Source of the DNA: Candidatus Thorarchaeota archaeon
GTDB taxonomy: Archaea; Asgardarchaeota; Heimdallarchaeia; Hodarchaeales; Hodarchaeaceae
Assembly: GCA_048882505.1 (NCBI GenBank)
Contig: JBHLRO010000002.1
Coordinates: forward strand, 150,001 to 182,000
Direction: 5' to 3'
DNA length: 32,000 nucleotides
Under the pieces are notes generated by a model. That model ran no database searches. It was given only the letters and a program-made list of their open reading frames with translations, and was not told where the DNA came from. A program made the translations under genes and the position numbers. Positions 15,103 to 24,517 of this stretch are shown here, one piece after another (position 1 is the stretch's first letter; each line of letters opens with the position of its first letter).

Positions 15103-17961
15103 CTATGCTGGGGTGATATAGGTAAAGTTGTCGATAAAGCTGTCAAAGGAACTGGGGCCAGTAGCATCACCAAAGCCATAATCTGCCCAATATCTATCCG
15201 TGAAGAAGCGTGGTTGCCATCGATATCTTACCCAGTAATTTACTGTCCACGGTGTTGCACTGAGTTCAGTTGCTCCAAGAGCACCTGTTGAAAAACTAGC
15301 CAAGGTGTACTCTTGAGAATTGAATAATGCTATGATATAAACTGTTATACTATCCGTTGGATTTAATGCCGTCTGAGGTGGCGTCCAAGAAGAGGAGGTT
15401 CTTTCTACGTATATATCTTCAACACCAGTAACTAGTGCTACGGGTGAAGATGTCAACTGATTACTTCCTACGAAAACTCGAATTCCCCATTGAATTACCG
15501 GGGATTCAATATTAATTCGTGGCGTTGAAACGGTCATTTGACTAAAAGTTGGAGTTGTGGACAAAAGAAAGTTTGAAGTCATATAGAACTTGTCACTGAT
15601 AGTAATTGTGCCAGGAGGAGTAGAAAATTTAACAAGTCTCTCATATGCTACATTTGTGTCACTAACGGCCTCGAATTCTAATTCAACGTTTAGATCATGC
15701 ATACTGTAAGGTTGATTTGACGCATTCTCGAAAGTCATAGTAATATTGGCGATTGCACCTTCTCCAATGGTGAAGTTTGTACTGAAAGTTATCCAGGTAC
15801 TGTTTGTAACCCCACTTGGATTACTCCAAACTTGCGTCAAATTAAACGTAGTGCTATTTAATTTTGGAAAATCAGTCGAAAAATCAGCGGTACTGCTAAG
15901 AATTGTGAGATTTAGTTTCGCCATTTCTGCTCCAGTACCTGAACCAGCTTGATTTCTAATTGCAAAGTCTAATTGTTCACCTATTGTGCCAGTAATTTTT
16001 ACTGAATTAGGTACAACCACGATGTTCGGCTGACCCTGCGCAACAACTGGAACCATATGAAAAGGTACCCCATCCTGCTCGTTATTAGTGCCTTGGTCTT
16101 GGGCAAATATATAGTAATCAAGTCTTGGGTCCAAATCATCATTGATTACACCTGCAGGAATCGTTCCACTCCAAAGCGTCGGACTCGGGGTTTCAGAATT
16201 GCTGTCAACACTACTGTTTCCAGAGATTCGGGTCATAGATGTCGATAAGAAGGTTCCCCCTGAGTCATAATCTCTATAATATAATGTTACTGTTCCTGTT
16301 TCACTTCCTTCGGCCCCAAAGGTAGGATCATTGTCAAAAATTGTGGCATCTACCTGTAAGGCAAAATTCTCAGTAGCTGACGTGATAGCTGCGTGACTAA
16401 TGACTGGTTTCTGAACATCGGGGATTATAATATGATTTGGAGTGTTTTCTCTACCTTCGTACGAAACGTGCCCACTATATCTGTCAGTGGCGTTAAAGAA
16501 GTAGTCTAATCCGTGGATATTAATATCAAAACTCCAAATTATCCAAGAAAATTGACTTCCTGAAATAAATGGTGAGAGAGGTATCCATTGTTCAGTTTTT
16601 CCTCCCAGGTCATCAGTTTGACGATAATATAACATTACCTTACTTTCATTAACCTGATCCTTATCTGTTATTGTCGCTGAGATGTTGATAAAATTGTCGT
16701 TAATCGAAGCGGTAGGGATTGGTGTGTGGACAATGTCTGGTCCGAAATTATCGGTAATTGGAATTTGCTTTAAGACTCCACTAGTGTTTGCTATATTTCC
16801 AGAGTCATCAACGGCTACAACATAACTTTCGAGCCCATTATCGAGAGCTACTGAATCAACATAACCTGAAGATATAGTTCCTGTCCAATTATTTGTTACT
16901 CCAGATCGAGACATCGTAACTGGGTTATAAACATCTGAAGAACCACTAATTCGATGATACAGAAATACTGATTCAACTTCCGAAGCACCGACTACTTGAG
17001 TTCCTCCATCAAGAATTTCAACAGTTAAAGAAATACTCTCTCCTACCTCTCCAGTTTGGTTATTTGGATAAGGATCGGTAATCCATAAATCATCTATATT
17101 CGGAGCGATATAGTCATTATCAATAACGAAACTGCCAGGTTCAACGACCGCTGATAACCCAGCATAATCATAGGCTGTGATTCGGATATAGTAGGTTCCG
17201 TTATCTAGTCCTTCTGTTGTGTAATTAAACGTATTCCAACTCCATTGCCATAGAGATGAGTCAAAAATAACTTTAGTTTGATCAATAGATGAAAAACCTG
17301 GATCCGTGGAGACCTCATATGTCACATTCTTAATACCTGCATTATCATCTACAATGGGGGAAATCGTATTCGTCTTACGTATAGTACCGATTGTTCCCGT
17401 GAATGAGATGTCAGGTTGGTCTTTGATCAGTCTCATATCGTTTGACGATACCGTCTCTTCTTCAAGGCTGGTATCTAGTGTTGCCCCTTCATCAGTTTGA
17501 AGAGTTAATCGGTAGAAAACGGTTTGGTTATCGTTTTCAACCGGAATCGGGAATCGAACCGATAAATCCTTGTCCGTGGTAAGAGGTGGAATTGGGTATG
17601 GATTGCTATTCGAAATATTCTGGAAAGATTCTACTCCTGCGGTGATTTCAGTCCAGGGGCCGCTCACAGTTGACCCCCAAAAAACCTTCATCGAGAGAAG
17701 ATTGATTTCCCCCGTTCCTACATTTGCAACCGTAATCGTACCTTTACCAAATCCTTCCCCTTGATCTAGATTTTTGGTGTAATCTACATCATAGATAACA
17801 AATGCATCATTAATTTGCAAATTACTAGTTGGTGATAATAGGGGGAGAACAACGAGGAATATTGCAGCGGAAGCGGCCACTGCAAGCCCGATAAGTAGAA
17901 TTACTGCAATAACAGGAGAAATAGCTCGTTTTTTGTTCTTCATCAATCTGCTAGGCTGCAT
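15103..17961 (-). CDS. Large (952 aa) type IV pilin-like surface protein with a class III signal peptide and multiple Ig-like domains
   Basis: KKRA|ISPVIAVILLIGLAVAASAAIFLVV is an archaeal prepilin cleavage site plus hydrophobic helix. About four Ig-like modules follow (P.I.H...I.ATI.D...V.LYYR...W.GTI...LDYY..A.D), with many N-x-S/T sequons. GAGGT lies 7 nt before ATG 17961. Confidence 0.88.
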   Translation of the reverse strand: MQPSRLMKNKKRAISPVIAVILLIGLAVAASAAIFLVVLPLLSPTSNLQINDAFVIYDVDYTKNLDQGEGFGKGTITVANVGTGEINLLSMKVFWGSTVSGPWTEITAGVESFQNISNSNPYPIPPLTTDKDLSVRFPIPVENDNQTVFYRLTLQTDEGATLDTSLEEETVSSNDMRLIKDQPDISFTGTIGTIRKTNTISPIVDDNAGIKNVTYEVSTDPGFSSIDQTKVIFDSSLWQWSWNTFNYTTEGLDNGTYYIRITAYDYAGLSAVVEPGSFVIDNDYIAPNIDDLWITDPYPNNQTGEVGESISLTVEILDGGTQVVGASEVESVFLYHRISGSSDVYNPVTMSRSGVTNNWTGTISSGYVDSVALDNGLESYVVAVDDSGNIANTSGVLKQIPITDNFGPDIVHTPIPTASINDNFINISATITDKDQVNESKVMLYYRQTDDLGGKTEQWIPLSPFISGSQFSWIIWSFDINIHGLDYFFNATDRYSGHVSYEGRENTPNHIIIPDVQKPVISHAAITSATENFALQVDATIFDNDPTFGAEGSETGTVTLYYRDYDSGGTFLSTSMTRISGNSSVDSNSETPSPTLWSGTIPAGVINDDLDPRLDYYIFAQDQGTNNEQDGVPFHMVPVVAQGQPNIVVVPNSVKITGTIGEQLDFAIRNQAGSGTGAEMAKLNLTILSSTADFSTDFPKLNSTTFNLTQVWSNPSGVTNSTWITFSTNFTIGEGAIANITMTFENASNQPYSMHDLNVELEFEAVSDTNVAYERLVKFSTPPGTITISDKFYMTSNFLLSTTPTFSQMTVSTPRINIESPVIQWGIRVFVGSNQLTSSPVALVTGVEDIYVERTSSSWTPPQTALNPTDSITVYIIALFNSQEYTLASFSTGALGATELSATPWTVNYWVRYRWQPRFFTDRYWADYGFGDATGPSSFDSFIDNFTYITPA

Positions 17962-17996
17962 GAAGGAAACCTCTTAGACAATTAAAAACGCGGGTT

Positions 17997-18025
17997 TCTG
18001 TTACAGATTCTGGACTGTTACAGAT
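17997..18025. promoter_or_regulatory. Tandem palindromic 11-bp repeat CTGTTACAGAT (candidate operator)
   Basis: Copies at 17998-18008 and 18015-18025, each containing the inverted repeat CTGT-T-ACAG, 37-64 nt upstream of the pilin start. Confidence 0.4.
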
Positions 18026-18223
18026 GCTAGTGTTGACTGATTGTTAGAAGCCAGCTATAAAAGAATTTTGAAATGAAGTATGTATTCTCCTGAGATGGGG
18101 GTTATTGGGACGGATCCAAGAGAGAAACATTAGGATTTTACCCCAAAACCTAGGGGATATGTTTTTTTTTACCGTACCAGAACCAATTTGAACCATTTAC
18201 ATCACTCCCGCTCCTGATGTTAT

Positions 18224-19903
18224 ATGACTGGTGGGACTACTTCACAATTGGAACTATATAGTATGGCCGCTATGGGCTCGCCCACGGAGCTTAGTCAGAA
18301 CCTGTGGGGAAAAGTCCCGTCTTCATATCAAGTGCTCAAAAACATGGTGATCAACCAGCAAAAAAGCGTGAACTTTGATAAATACCTTGATAACATTGAG
18401 GAACTCCGTCGAATCGTCATTAATCGCCATAAAAGCATGGGCACATTGACATTCGAGGTTCAAGAAGCTTTAAATCGGCTTGACCAGGGCTTTTTAGATG
18501 TTGGACATCAACCCTTGATGCTTGGGGGGCCATCCTTCTTAGCGAATAAGATTTCTTTATCCTCGTGGCTGGGTGACCTATTAGGAATTGGGACATTCTT
18601 TTATATTGGTGATCATGACGCTATTCAAAACGAATTAACCATTGCCCGTGTTCCACAAGCCAAATCTCCTACGGGGCTCGTTCTCACGCCCTCCTCTTGG
18701 GGAGTGCCGGAAGATACTCCCATGCACAAGGTTCCTGCTCCCCATCTCTCGTGGTTGGAAGAAATCGAACATAAGATACATGAAAACCTACGAGAGTTGA
18801 TGAAGATGGCCATGGTTAGGCCAGATCTTCGCCTCCTATTATTGGAACGGTTCTATCAATGGTATCATCTCATGTTTGAGAGCGGAATATCGGCTGAGAA
18901 TTTTTCCCATTGGACCGAACTGATTTGGAGTAAACTTTTCAATATTCAGAATCGATTGGACATCTTTATCTGCCCTTCAAGTGATTTAAAATTTCGTACT
19001 CTTATTCTGCCTGGATTCGAATTTCTAATACAAGAAACCAACCGTCTTCAATATATTGACACCTTGAATCAGATACATGATAGCTTGATTTCTCAATCTA
19101 TTTCTCCGGGACTCCCTGTTAGGGCGTCTGATTACGTTCCATTCTTCCTGGAATGTCTTCAATGCCTCCATAAAACCCGAGTTGAATTACATGTAGTTAC
19201 ACCAGGCACACTGGAGGGACAATGCCCTGCCTGCGAGGAGAATTATGGCTTCTCATATAATCCAGATCACCCGGACCTTAGTGAGATGGCTTCTCACATA
19301 ACACCTCGATCTGATTCTAGAGCTATGGTAAATAGTCTGATTTTCCCCCTGTTGGTTCATGTTGGAGGTAGTGGAGAAGTTCAGTACTATTCCGCCGTGG
19401 TTCCCGCAATGAAACGGCTTAAGTTTGACCTTATTCCAATCACGATCCGTTCCAACAGGATTTATTACAATTCTCCATGGGCCGAAAAATCTGCGATTGA
19501 AAACAAAACCCCTTTGCTAGAAGAGCAGACATACGTAATTTTTGATCAATTTAACAACAGTACAGATGAATCTAGTCTTCAAGAATCATTATATCAAATG
19601 CAAGGCCTACTGAAATCCAAATTCATCGACGAGACCTCTCGGCTTGACGAAATGAAATCCGGATTAGAGAATCATCCGCAAGATCAGCAGTTGAGGCAGC
19701 AAGTACGGAGAAGTGAGCTGATGCTATCACTAAATTACGGGCGGTTTACACCTGAGAAATCTGCCCAAGAAACCTCTTGGAATTGGCTTGATTTAGCGGT
19801 TCTCACAGGAACACATAGACTTTGCGACGCTTTCATGCGACAGCTGAAACCGCAGGCGTTTCCGGGGCATACTTGGTATATCAATCCAGGTAGATTTTCA
19901 TAA
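18224..19903 (+). CDS. bshC: BshC-family protein (bacillithiol biosynthesis cysteine-adding enzyme homolog) with a Zn-ribbon insertion
   Basis: VGHQPLMLGGPSFLANKI (cf. TGQQ..L..GP.Y...K), FYIGDHD (cf. W.A.EDHD), ITPRSDSRAMVNSLIFPLLVHVGGSGEVQYY (cf. SP.V..RP..Q...F.....VGGPGE..Y). Confidence 0.82.
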   Translation: MTGGTTSQLELYSMAAMGSPTELSQNLWGKVPSSYQVLKNMVINQQKSVNFDKYLDNIEELRRIVINRHKSMGTLTFEVQEALNRLDQGFLDVGHQPLMLGGPSFLANKISLSSWLGDLLGIGTFFYIGDHDAIQNELTIARVPQAKSPTGLVLTPSSWGVPEDTPMHKVPAPHLSWLEEIEHKIHENLRELMKMAMVRPDLRLLLLERFYQWYHLMFESGISAENFSHWTELIWSKLFNIQNRLDIFICPSSDLKFRTLILPGFEFLIQETNRLQYIDTLNQIHDSLISQSISPGLPVRASDYVPFFLECLQCLHKTRVELHVVTPGTLEGQCPACEENYGFSYNPDHPDLSEMASHITPRSDSRAMVNSLIFPLLVHVGGSGEVQYYSAVVPAMKRLKFDLIPITIRSNRIYYNSPWAEKSAIENKTPLLEEQTYVIFDQFNNSTDESSLQESLYQMQGLLKSKFIDETSRLDEMKSGLENHPQDQQLRQQVRRSELMLSLNYGRFTPEKSAQETSWNWLDLAVLTGTHRLCDAFMRQLKPQAFPGHTWYINPGRFS

Positions 19904-19934
19904 AACGCTGCGTAGCTAACAAGGCAATCAAGGC

Positions 19935-21215
19935 CTAAGAATGAACCAAATGCGCTTTAGGTTCGATTTCCTTTGCGAGAAGACTTCCTAGTCGGGATAA
20001 TCCTTCTTCAATGGCCGTAGGCGAGGAAAACGAATAGCTGAGCCGCATTCCATTAGTTTTAACCCGATTTCCGTAGAGTCCAGATTCAGTAGCACGAACA
20101 GAATACCCACGAATGGGATAAAAGGATTGACCTGGGACATAAATAACATCATTAGGAATAGCTACTTCTTGGAGAAAACGCGTTGTATTGAACGTTTCGT
20201 CTTCTAACCTGACCCAAAAGAAAAAACCTCCCGTAGGGTCTGTCCGCGCAGCAGTTGATGGAAAATGAGCATCTAGGGTCTTTCGCATGATGTCGCGTCG
20301 CTCTTTATAGATCTTCAGATTATCATCCAAAACAGTATCTATATATTTGCTATAATAAATCTCTAGTATCTTTTGATTGAGAGTTGGCGTACAAAGATCT
20401 AAGTAACCTTTCACCTTGGTTAATGCCGGCATGAGTACTTCTGGAATTACGGAATACCCCAGCCTCAAAACCGCAGCTTCTTTACTGCTGGTACGGAGAT
20501 AAACAACCCACTCATTTTCTGAATCATAGTATTTGATAGGGGGTGGAACTTTCTCAAACTGGATCTCACGATAAGCGGCATCCTCAATAATTAGAATTTC
20601 CTCAGATGCACAAATTTCGAAGATCTGTTTACGTCGTTTTTCAGAGAGGGTGGTTCCTGTAGGATTATCAGAGTCTGGAACAACATAAAGCGCCTTAGGA
20701 GTTCGATTGAGAACTTTTTTACTAGTGTCGACTGCCTTCTGGACATTTTCAGGAGTAATTCCACCACTGTCACTGGGTACAGTGAGAACGTCTCCGCCAA
20801 GTTTTGTGACGGGAACCACAAACCCTAGATATGCTGGGCGAGCCATAATCACTACATCCTTGGGACGTAATAGAACATCAAGAAGCCCATATATCATCTG
20901 CTGGGATCCAGTGGAAACAAGTATATCTTCTGGACCTCGGGGAATGGATATTCCGTCCACCCGGATCAACCTTTCTTCTAAGGTACGTTTTAGGGAGGGA
21001 ATGCCAGTCGTAGGACCATAGTTTAGAATATTGATTCCATTTGTCTCTAAATCGTCTCCAATTTCCCTTAATATATTCCTAAACGCATCTAAAGGAAGAC
21101 TGCCCGGCAAACCTCCAGCAAAATAGTACTTGACTTTAATCTTAAGTAAACGCCTGATTTCACTCTCAGGAATGAATCGAGTCCAATCAGCTAATTGTGC
21201 ATAATAAGGTACCAT
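19935..21215 (-). CDS. PLP-dependent class I/II aminotransferase (LysN/Aro8 2-aminoadipate transaminase-like)
   Basis: FAGGLP, NYGPTTG, STGSQQ, VPDSDNPTG, IIEDAAY, TSSK (PLP lysine) and LRLGY, GGFFFW, MRLSYS. Confidence 0.9.
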   Translation of the reverse strand: MVPYYAQLADWTRFIPESEIRRLLKIKVKYYFAGGLPGSLPLDAFRNILREIGDDLETNGINILNYGPTTGIPSLKRTLEERLIRVDGISIPRGPEDILVSTGSQQMIYGLLDVLLRPKDVVIMARPAYLGFVVPVTKLGGDVLTVPSDSGGITPENVQKAVDTSKKVLNRTPKALYVVPDSDNPTGTTLSEKRRKQIFEICASEEILIIEDAAYREIQFEKVPPPIKYYDSENEWVVYLRTSSKEAAVLRLGYSVIPEVLMPALTKVKGYLDLCTPTLNQKILEIYYSKYIDTVLDDNLKIYKERRDIMRKTLDAHFPSTAARTDPTGGFFFWVRLEDETFNTTRFLQEVAIPNDVIYVPGQSFYPIRGYSVRATESGLYGNRVKTNGMRLSYSFSSPTAIEEGLSRLGSLLAKEIEPKAHLVHS

Positions 21216-21509
21216 TAAGCGTCACCAACTAGAATTAATCCGTGGAATGCGCTGCCCTCCAACAAGTGCCTCCTCTTGACTTTTTTTAAATGGTAAAGGG
21301 CCATTAGATTAGCCCCTGGATTGAAAGGGGATCTTTCCAAAAAGCTATGAGTCCATGAAATTGATAGGTGTTGAAATATTTAACAAATTCGAATTAGAAT
21401 CCGTGTAATTTCATCTCACTCTGTAATTTCTTCCAATGGTGTCTTAGCGAAAACAGAAAAATAGATTCTTTCTCCGCAGATATTGATTGAATACTGGTGA
21501 ACTGGGACA

Positions 21510-23435
21510 ATGCTTAATGATATGGTTTATCCGTTACTTGAAAAATCTATCAATACGCTGACAGAGATAGATTCGAACCTAAGGGAAACCATTCGAGATT
21601 CAATAGAAATCCCTCCCTCATTCGAATTCGGAGAACGGTCGTCCAATATTGCATTTAAGCTAGCCAAAAAACTCAGACAGTCACCGTTTCAAATTGCTGA
21701 AACTCTTACGGAGTTTCTGAATTCTAAATTATCAGATACAGGATTTATCGCTCGTACTGAGGCAAAAAAGGGATATGTGAACTTTTTCTTTGATTTTGCA
21801 ACCTTGACCCCCCATCTTGCTCAGAAAATCTTGAAGGCCGCTGAGCAGTATGGACGGAACACGAGTGGAGTCAACAAAAAGATAGTTGTTGAGCACACAT
21901 CAATCAATCCCGTGAAGCCGCTTCATATAGGTAACTTACGAAATGCGGTTCTAGGTGACATTATTGCTAGATTGTACCACTGGAACGGATGGCAAGTAGA
22001 AGTCCAGAACCTAATCGATGATTTGGGAAGACAGGTTGCCACCTTAATATGGGGGTACCTCAATAGCCACCATCTGGGCGTCGAACGAGCTTCAGAAGAA
22101 AAGTTTGATGTCTGGTTGGGTAGGGTCTATTCGTATTGTAACGATCGTCTGGAAAAAGACGTGAGCTGGAATGAAGTCGACAAAATAATGATTGAGTTAA
22201 AAAAAGATCCAGTTCTGTATCGATTCATGAGATCGATTTGTCAGGCCTGCGTTGACGCCAACTTGGAGACAGCATGGCGTCACGGAATCACTTATGATTA
22301 CCTGGTATGGGAGTCAGATATTGCTCGATCAGGCATCTGGGAAGAAACCCTTCAACTTCTTGAAAAGAATGATGCTTTCATGTGGGAAAAGGATGGAGTG
22401 AATGCAGGATGTTTTATCGCGGATTTAGGTCGTTTACCCGAATTTCAGGATAAAAAAAATCCATCCAAGATTTTCGTACGGTCTAACGGTGTTCCAACGT
22501 ATGTGGCACATGATGTGGCATTGCAGCTTTGGAAATTTGGTCTGGTGAAAACGCTACTTCTTAGTAGTCCTCTGACAAGTCAGGGAGTGGATATACAGAC
22601 ACAAAGAGCTCTTTGGACTAGTACTGACTTAGATCTAGGGCAATCGCATCAGAAAAGGGAATTTGGAAACGCTGATCGCGTATGCAATGTAATCGGAGTA
22701 GAACAAGATTATCTGCAGGACATTGTACGTTATTCGCTGAAGCTTCTGAATCTCAATAAACAGTTTCATAATTCATACCATAGATCCTACAAGCACGTAT
22801 CTGCTCCCCACGCTCGGTTCTCGGGAAGGACGGGGAATTGGTATGAGGAACGGGCTTGGGCTGATGCTGTCCTAGAGGATACTCAGGAGGCGGCCTTTAA
22901 GGTTCTCACCTCAAAAAGACCTGATCTTGGAGAAGATCTTCGTAAAAAGGAGAAGATAACTAAAAGAATAGCAATTGGGGCTATCAGGTATTGGTTGGCA
23001 AAATTTTCAACGGAAACTGAAATTAAATTCAGAATTGATGATGCGACCTCATTGGAGGGTGATACCGGCCCATTCCTGCAATATGCATACGTCAGAGCAT
23101 CAAAAATTCTTGAGAAAATCCCCTCATCCTCCAACCCGCGCAGATATACCCTCACAAATTCCCAAATTACTGTTCATGAGCAAAGTTTGGTTCTGAGGAT
23201 GGCTGAGTTTCCAGAGGTTGTTGTTAAAGCGGCCTCAGCATTTCAGCCCATACAAATTACCAATTACACCTATGAACTAGCGGCAGCTTTTAATCGCTTC
23301 TATGAGACTTCTCGCGTGATATCAGCGGAAAACCCAGATCTTCAAGCCTTTCGTATCGAATTAGTTCGGGCCTTCCAAATTGTTATGGGTAATGCCCTGC
23401 ATCTTTTAGGGATTCCAATAGTTGAAGAAATGTGA
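21510..23435 (+). CDS. argS: Arginine--tRNA ligase
   Basis: VEHTSINPVKPLHIGNLRNAVLGD (HIGH-like), YVIG/NVIGVEQ, FSGRTG, EGDTGPFLQYAYVR and a C-terminal DALR anticodon-binding domain. Confidence 0.97.
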   Translation: MLNDMVYPLLEKSINTLTEIDSNLRETIRDSIEIPPSFEFGERSSNIAFKLAKKLRQSPFQIAETLTEFLNSKLSDTGFIARTEAKKGYVNFFFDFATLTPHLAQKILKAAEQYGRNTSGVNKKIVVEHTSINPVKPLHIGNLRNAVLGDIIARLYHWNGWQVEVQNLIDDLGRQVATLIWGYLNSHHLGVERASEEKFDVWLGRVYSYCNDRLEKDVSWNEVDKIMIELKKDPVLYRFMRSICQACVDANLETAWRHGITYDYLVWESDIARSGIWEETLQLLEKNDAFMWEKDGVNAGCFIADLGRLPEFQDKKNPSKIFVRSNGVPTYVAHDVALQLWKFGLVKTLLLSSPLTSQGVDIQTQRALWTSTDLDLGQSHQKREFGNADRVCNVIGVEQDYLQDIVRYSLKLLNLNKQFHNSYHRSYKHVSAPHARFSGRTGNWYEERAWADAVLEDTQEAAFKVLTSKRPDLGEDLRKKEKITKRIAIGAIRYWLAKFSTETEIKFRIDDATSLEGDTGPFLQYAYVRASKILEKIPSSSNPRRYTLTNSQITVHEQSLVLRMAEFPEVVVKAASAFQPIQITNYTYELAAAFNRFYETSRVISAENPDLQAFRIELVRAFQIVMGNALHLLGIPIVEEM

Positions 23436-23441
23436 GATGGG

Positions 23442-24500
23442 ATGCCCAGGCGTTATTACAACTTCATGATTTATGCTCTGACGTTTAGCGTTCTGTTTCT
23501 CCTATTGTTATGGATCAATCCAGAGACTCTTGTTGATAAGTTATTCCATTTAGGGATCTGGGTTGTTTTAATATTGATCGGACTATATTTGGTGGATCTT
23601 ATTGTAAGAACGTATCGCTGGAAAGTTCTCCTTCAGGCCCAAGGAGTTGATCTTCCAATGAAAACGTTAGCTCCGCCAATAGTTTCAGCTCTGGCAATAA
23701 ATTTGTTTACAATTGCACGTGCAGGGGAAACAGTTCGATTATACGTTTTGAAAAGATATCATGATACACGTTACGCTGATACCTTTTCATCAATCGTTAT
23801 TGAACAGGTTTTAAGCGTAATGAGCCTTCTTATAGTTATAACCGGAAGTTTGGTCTTCATAGGGGGCTCATTACCCCAGACATCCGACTACGAAGCCCTT
23901 CAAACTCTAATCTTTCTATTGTTCATTATTGCCAGCATAGGATTGTGCATTATTGGAATCCTTGGCTGGCATCCCGAAATCGGGCTCAGATTTATCAGCA
24001 TCTTCCCAAAATTTCTGGAGACACGATTATCATCTGCTTATAAATCATTTATTCTTGGAATAAGCGACCTTAGTTCGACTCCCTCCTTATTAATAAAAGG
24101 TCTTGTCACCTCTATTTCAATCTGGCTACTAGAGGGTGTAATGTTGTTTGCGATTACCACTTCGGTTTTTCCAGTCGTTACACTCATTGATCTCCCCTGG
24201 ACAATTTCGGCCTCAGCAGCAGGCAATGTTACCTTTTTTTTTCCAATATTACCGGGGTCAATCGGTGGATACGAAGTAATGGTAGCTTTTGTTCTTATTA
24301 ACGCTCCCAATTATCCTGGAACGTTTGCTACTTTAATCGCAGTGATCGATCGTGTAATGAAAACGTTTATCCTAGGAATTTTAGGCGGGTATTCAATCAT
24401 TAAGCTTGGTGGTAATGAATTGATACGGGTCTCGAAGGATTTAACTCTTAGAGAAAGTTTTAAAGGCACAACTCCCCCGAAAGAAAAAGACACATCCTAG
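23442..24500 (+). CDS. Lysylphosphatidylglycerol-synthase TM / flippase-like membrane protein (UPF0104/AglD2-like)
   Basis: About 8 hydrophobic segments with RTYRWKVLL, ARAGETVRLYVL, SIVIEQV, LPGSIGGYE, IDRV. Confidence 0.85.
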   Translation: MPRRYYNFMIYALTFSVLFLLLLWINPETLVDKLFHLGIWVVLILIGLYLVDLIVRTYRWKVLLQAQGVDLPMKTLAPPIVSALAINLFTIARAGETVRLYVLKRYHDTRYADTFSSIVIEQVLSVMSLLIVITGSLVFIGGSLPQTSDYEALQTLIFLLFIIASIGLCIIGILGWHPEIGLRFISIFPKFLETRLSSAYKSFILGISDLSSTPSLLIKGLVTSISIWLLEGVMLFAITTSVFPVVTLIDLPWTISASAAGNVTFFFPILPGSIGGYEVMVAFVLINAPNYPGTFATLIAVIDRVMKTFILGILGGYSIIKLGGNELIRVSKDLTLRESFKGTTPPKEKDTS

Positions 24501-24517
24501 AGCTCCGAGGCTATCTT

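Noticed and set aside
19935-21215. Aminotransferase as part of a BshC thiol pathway
   Set aside because: Convergently transcribed, belongs to a generic LysN/Aro8-like family, and the known bacillithiol pathway has no transaminase step
21216-21509. Divergent gap between the aminotransferase and argS as a tRNA/ncRNA or T-box-like leader
   Set aside because: No acceptor stem, T-loop or T-box consensus recognised
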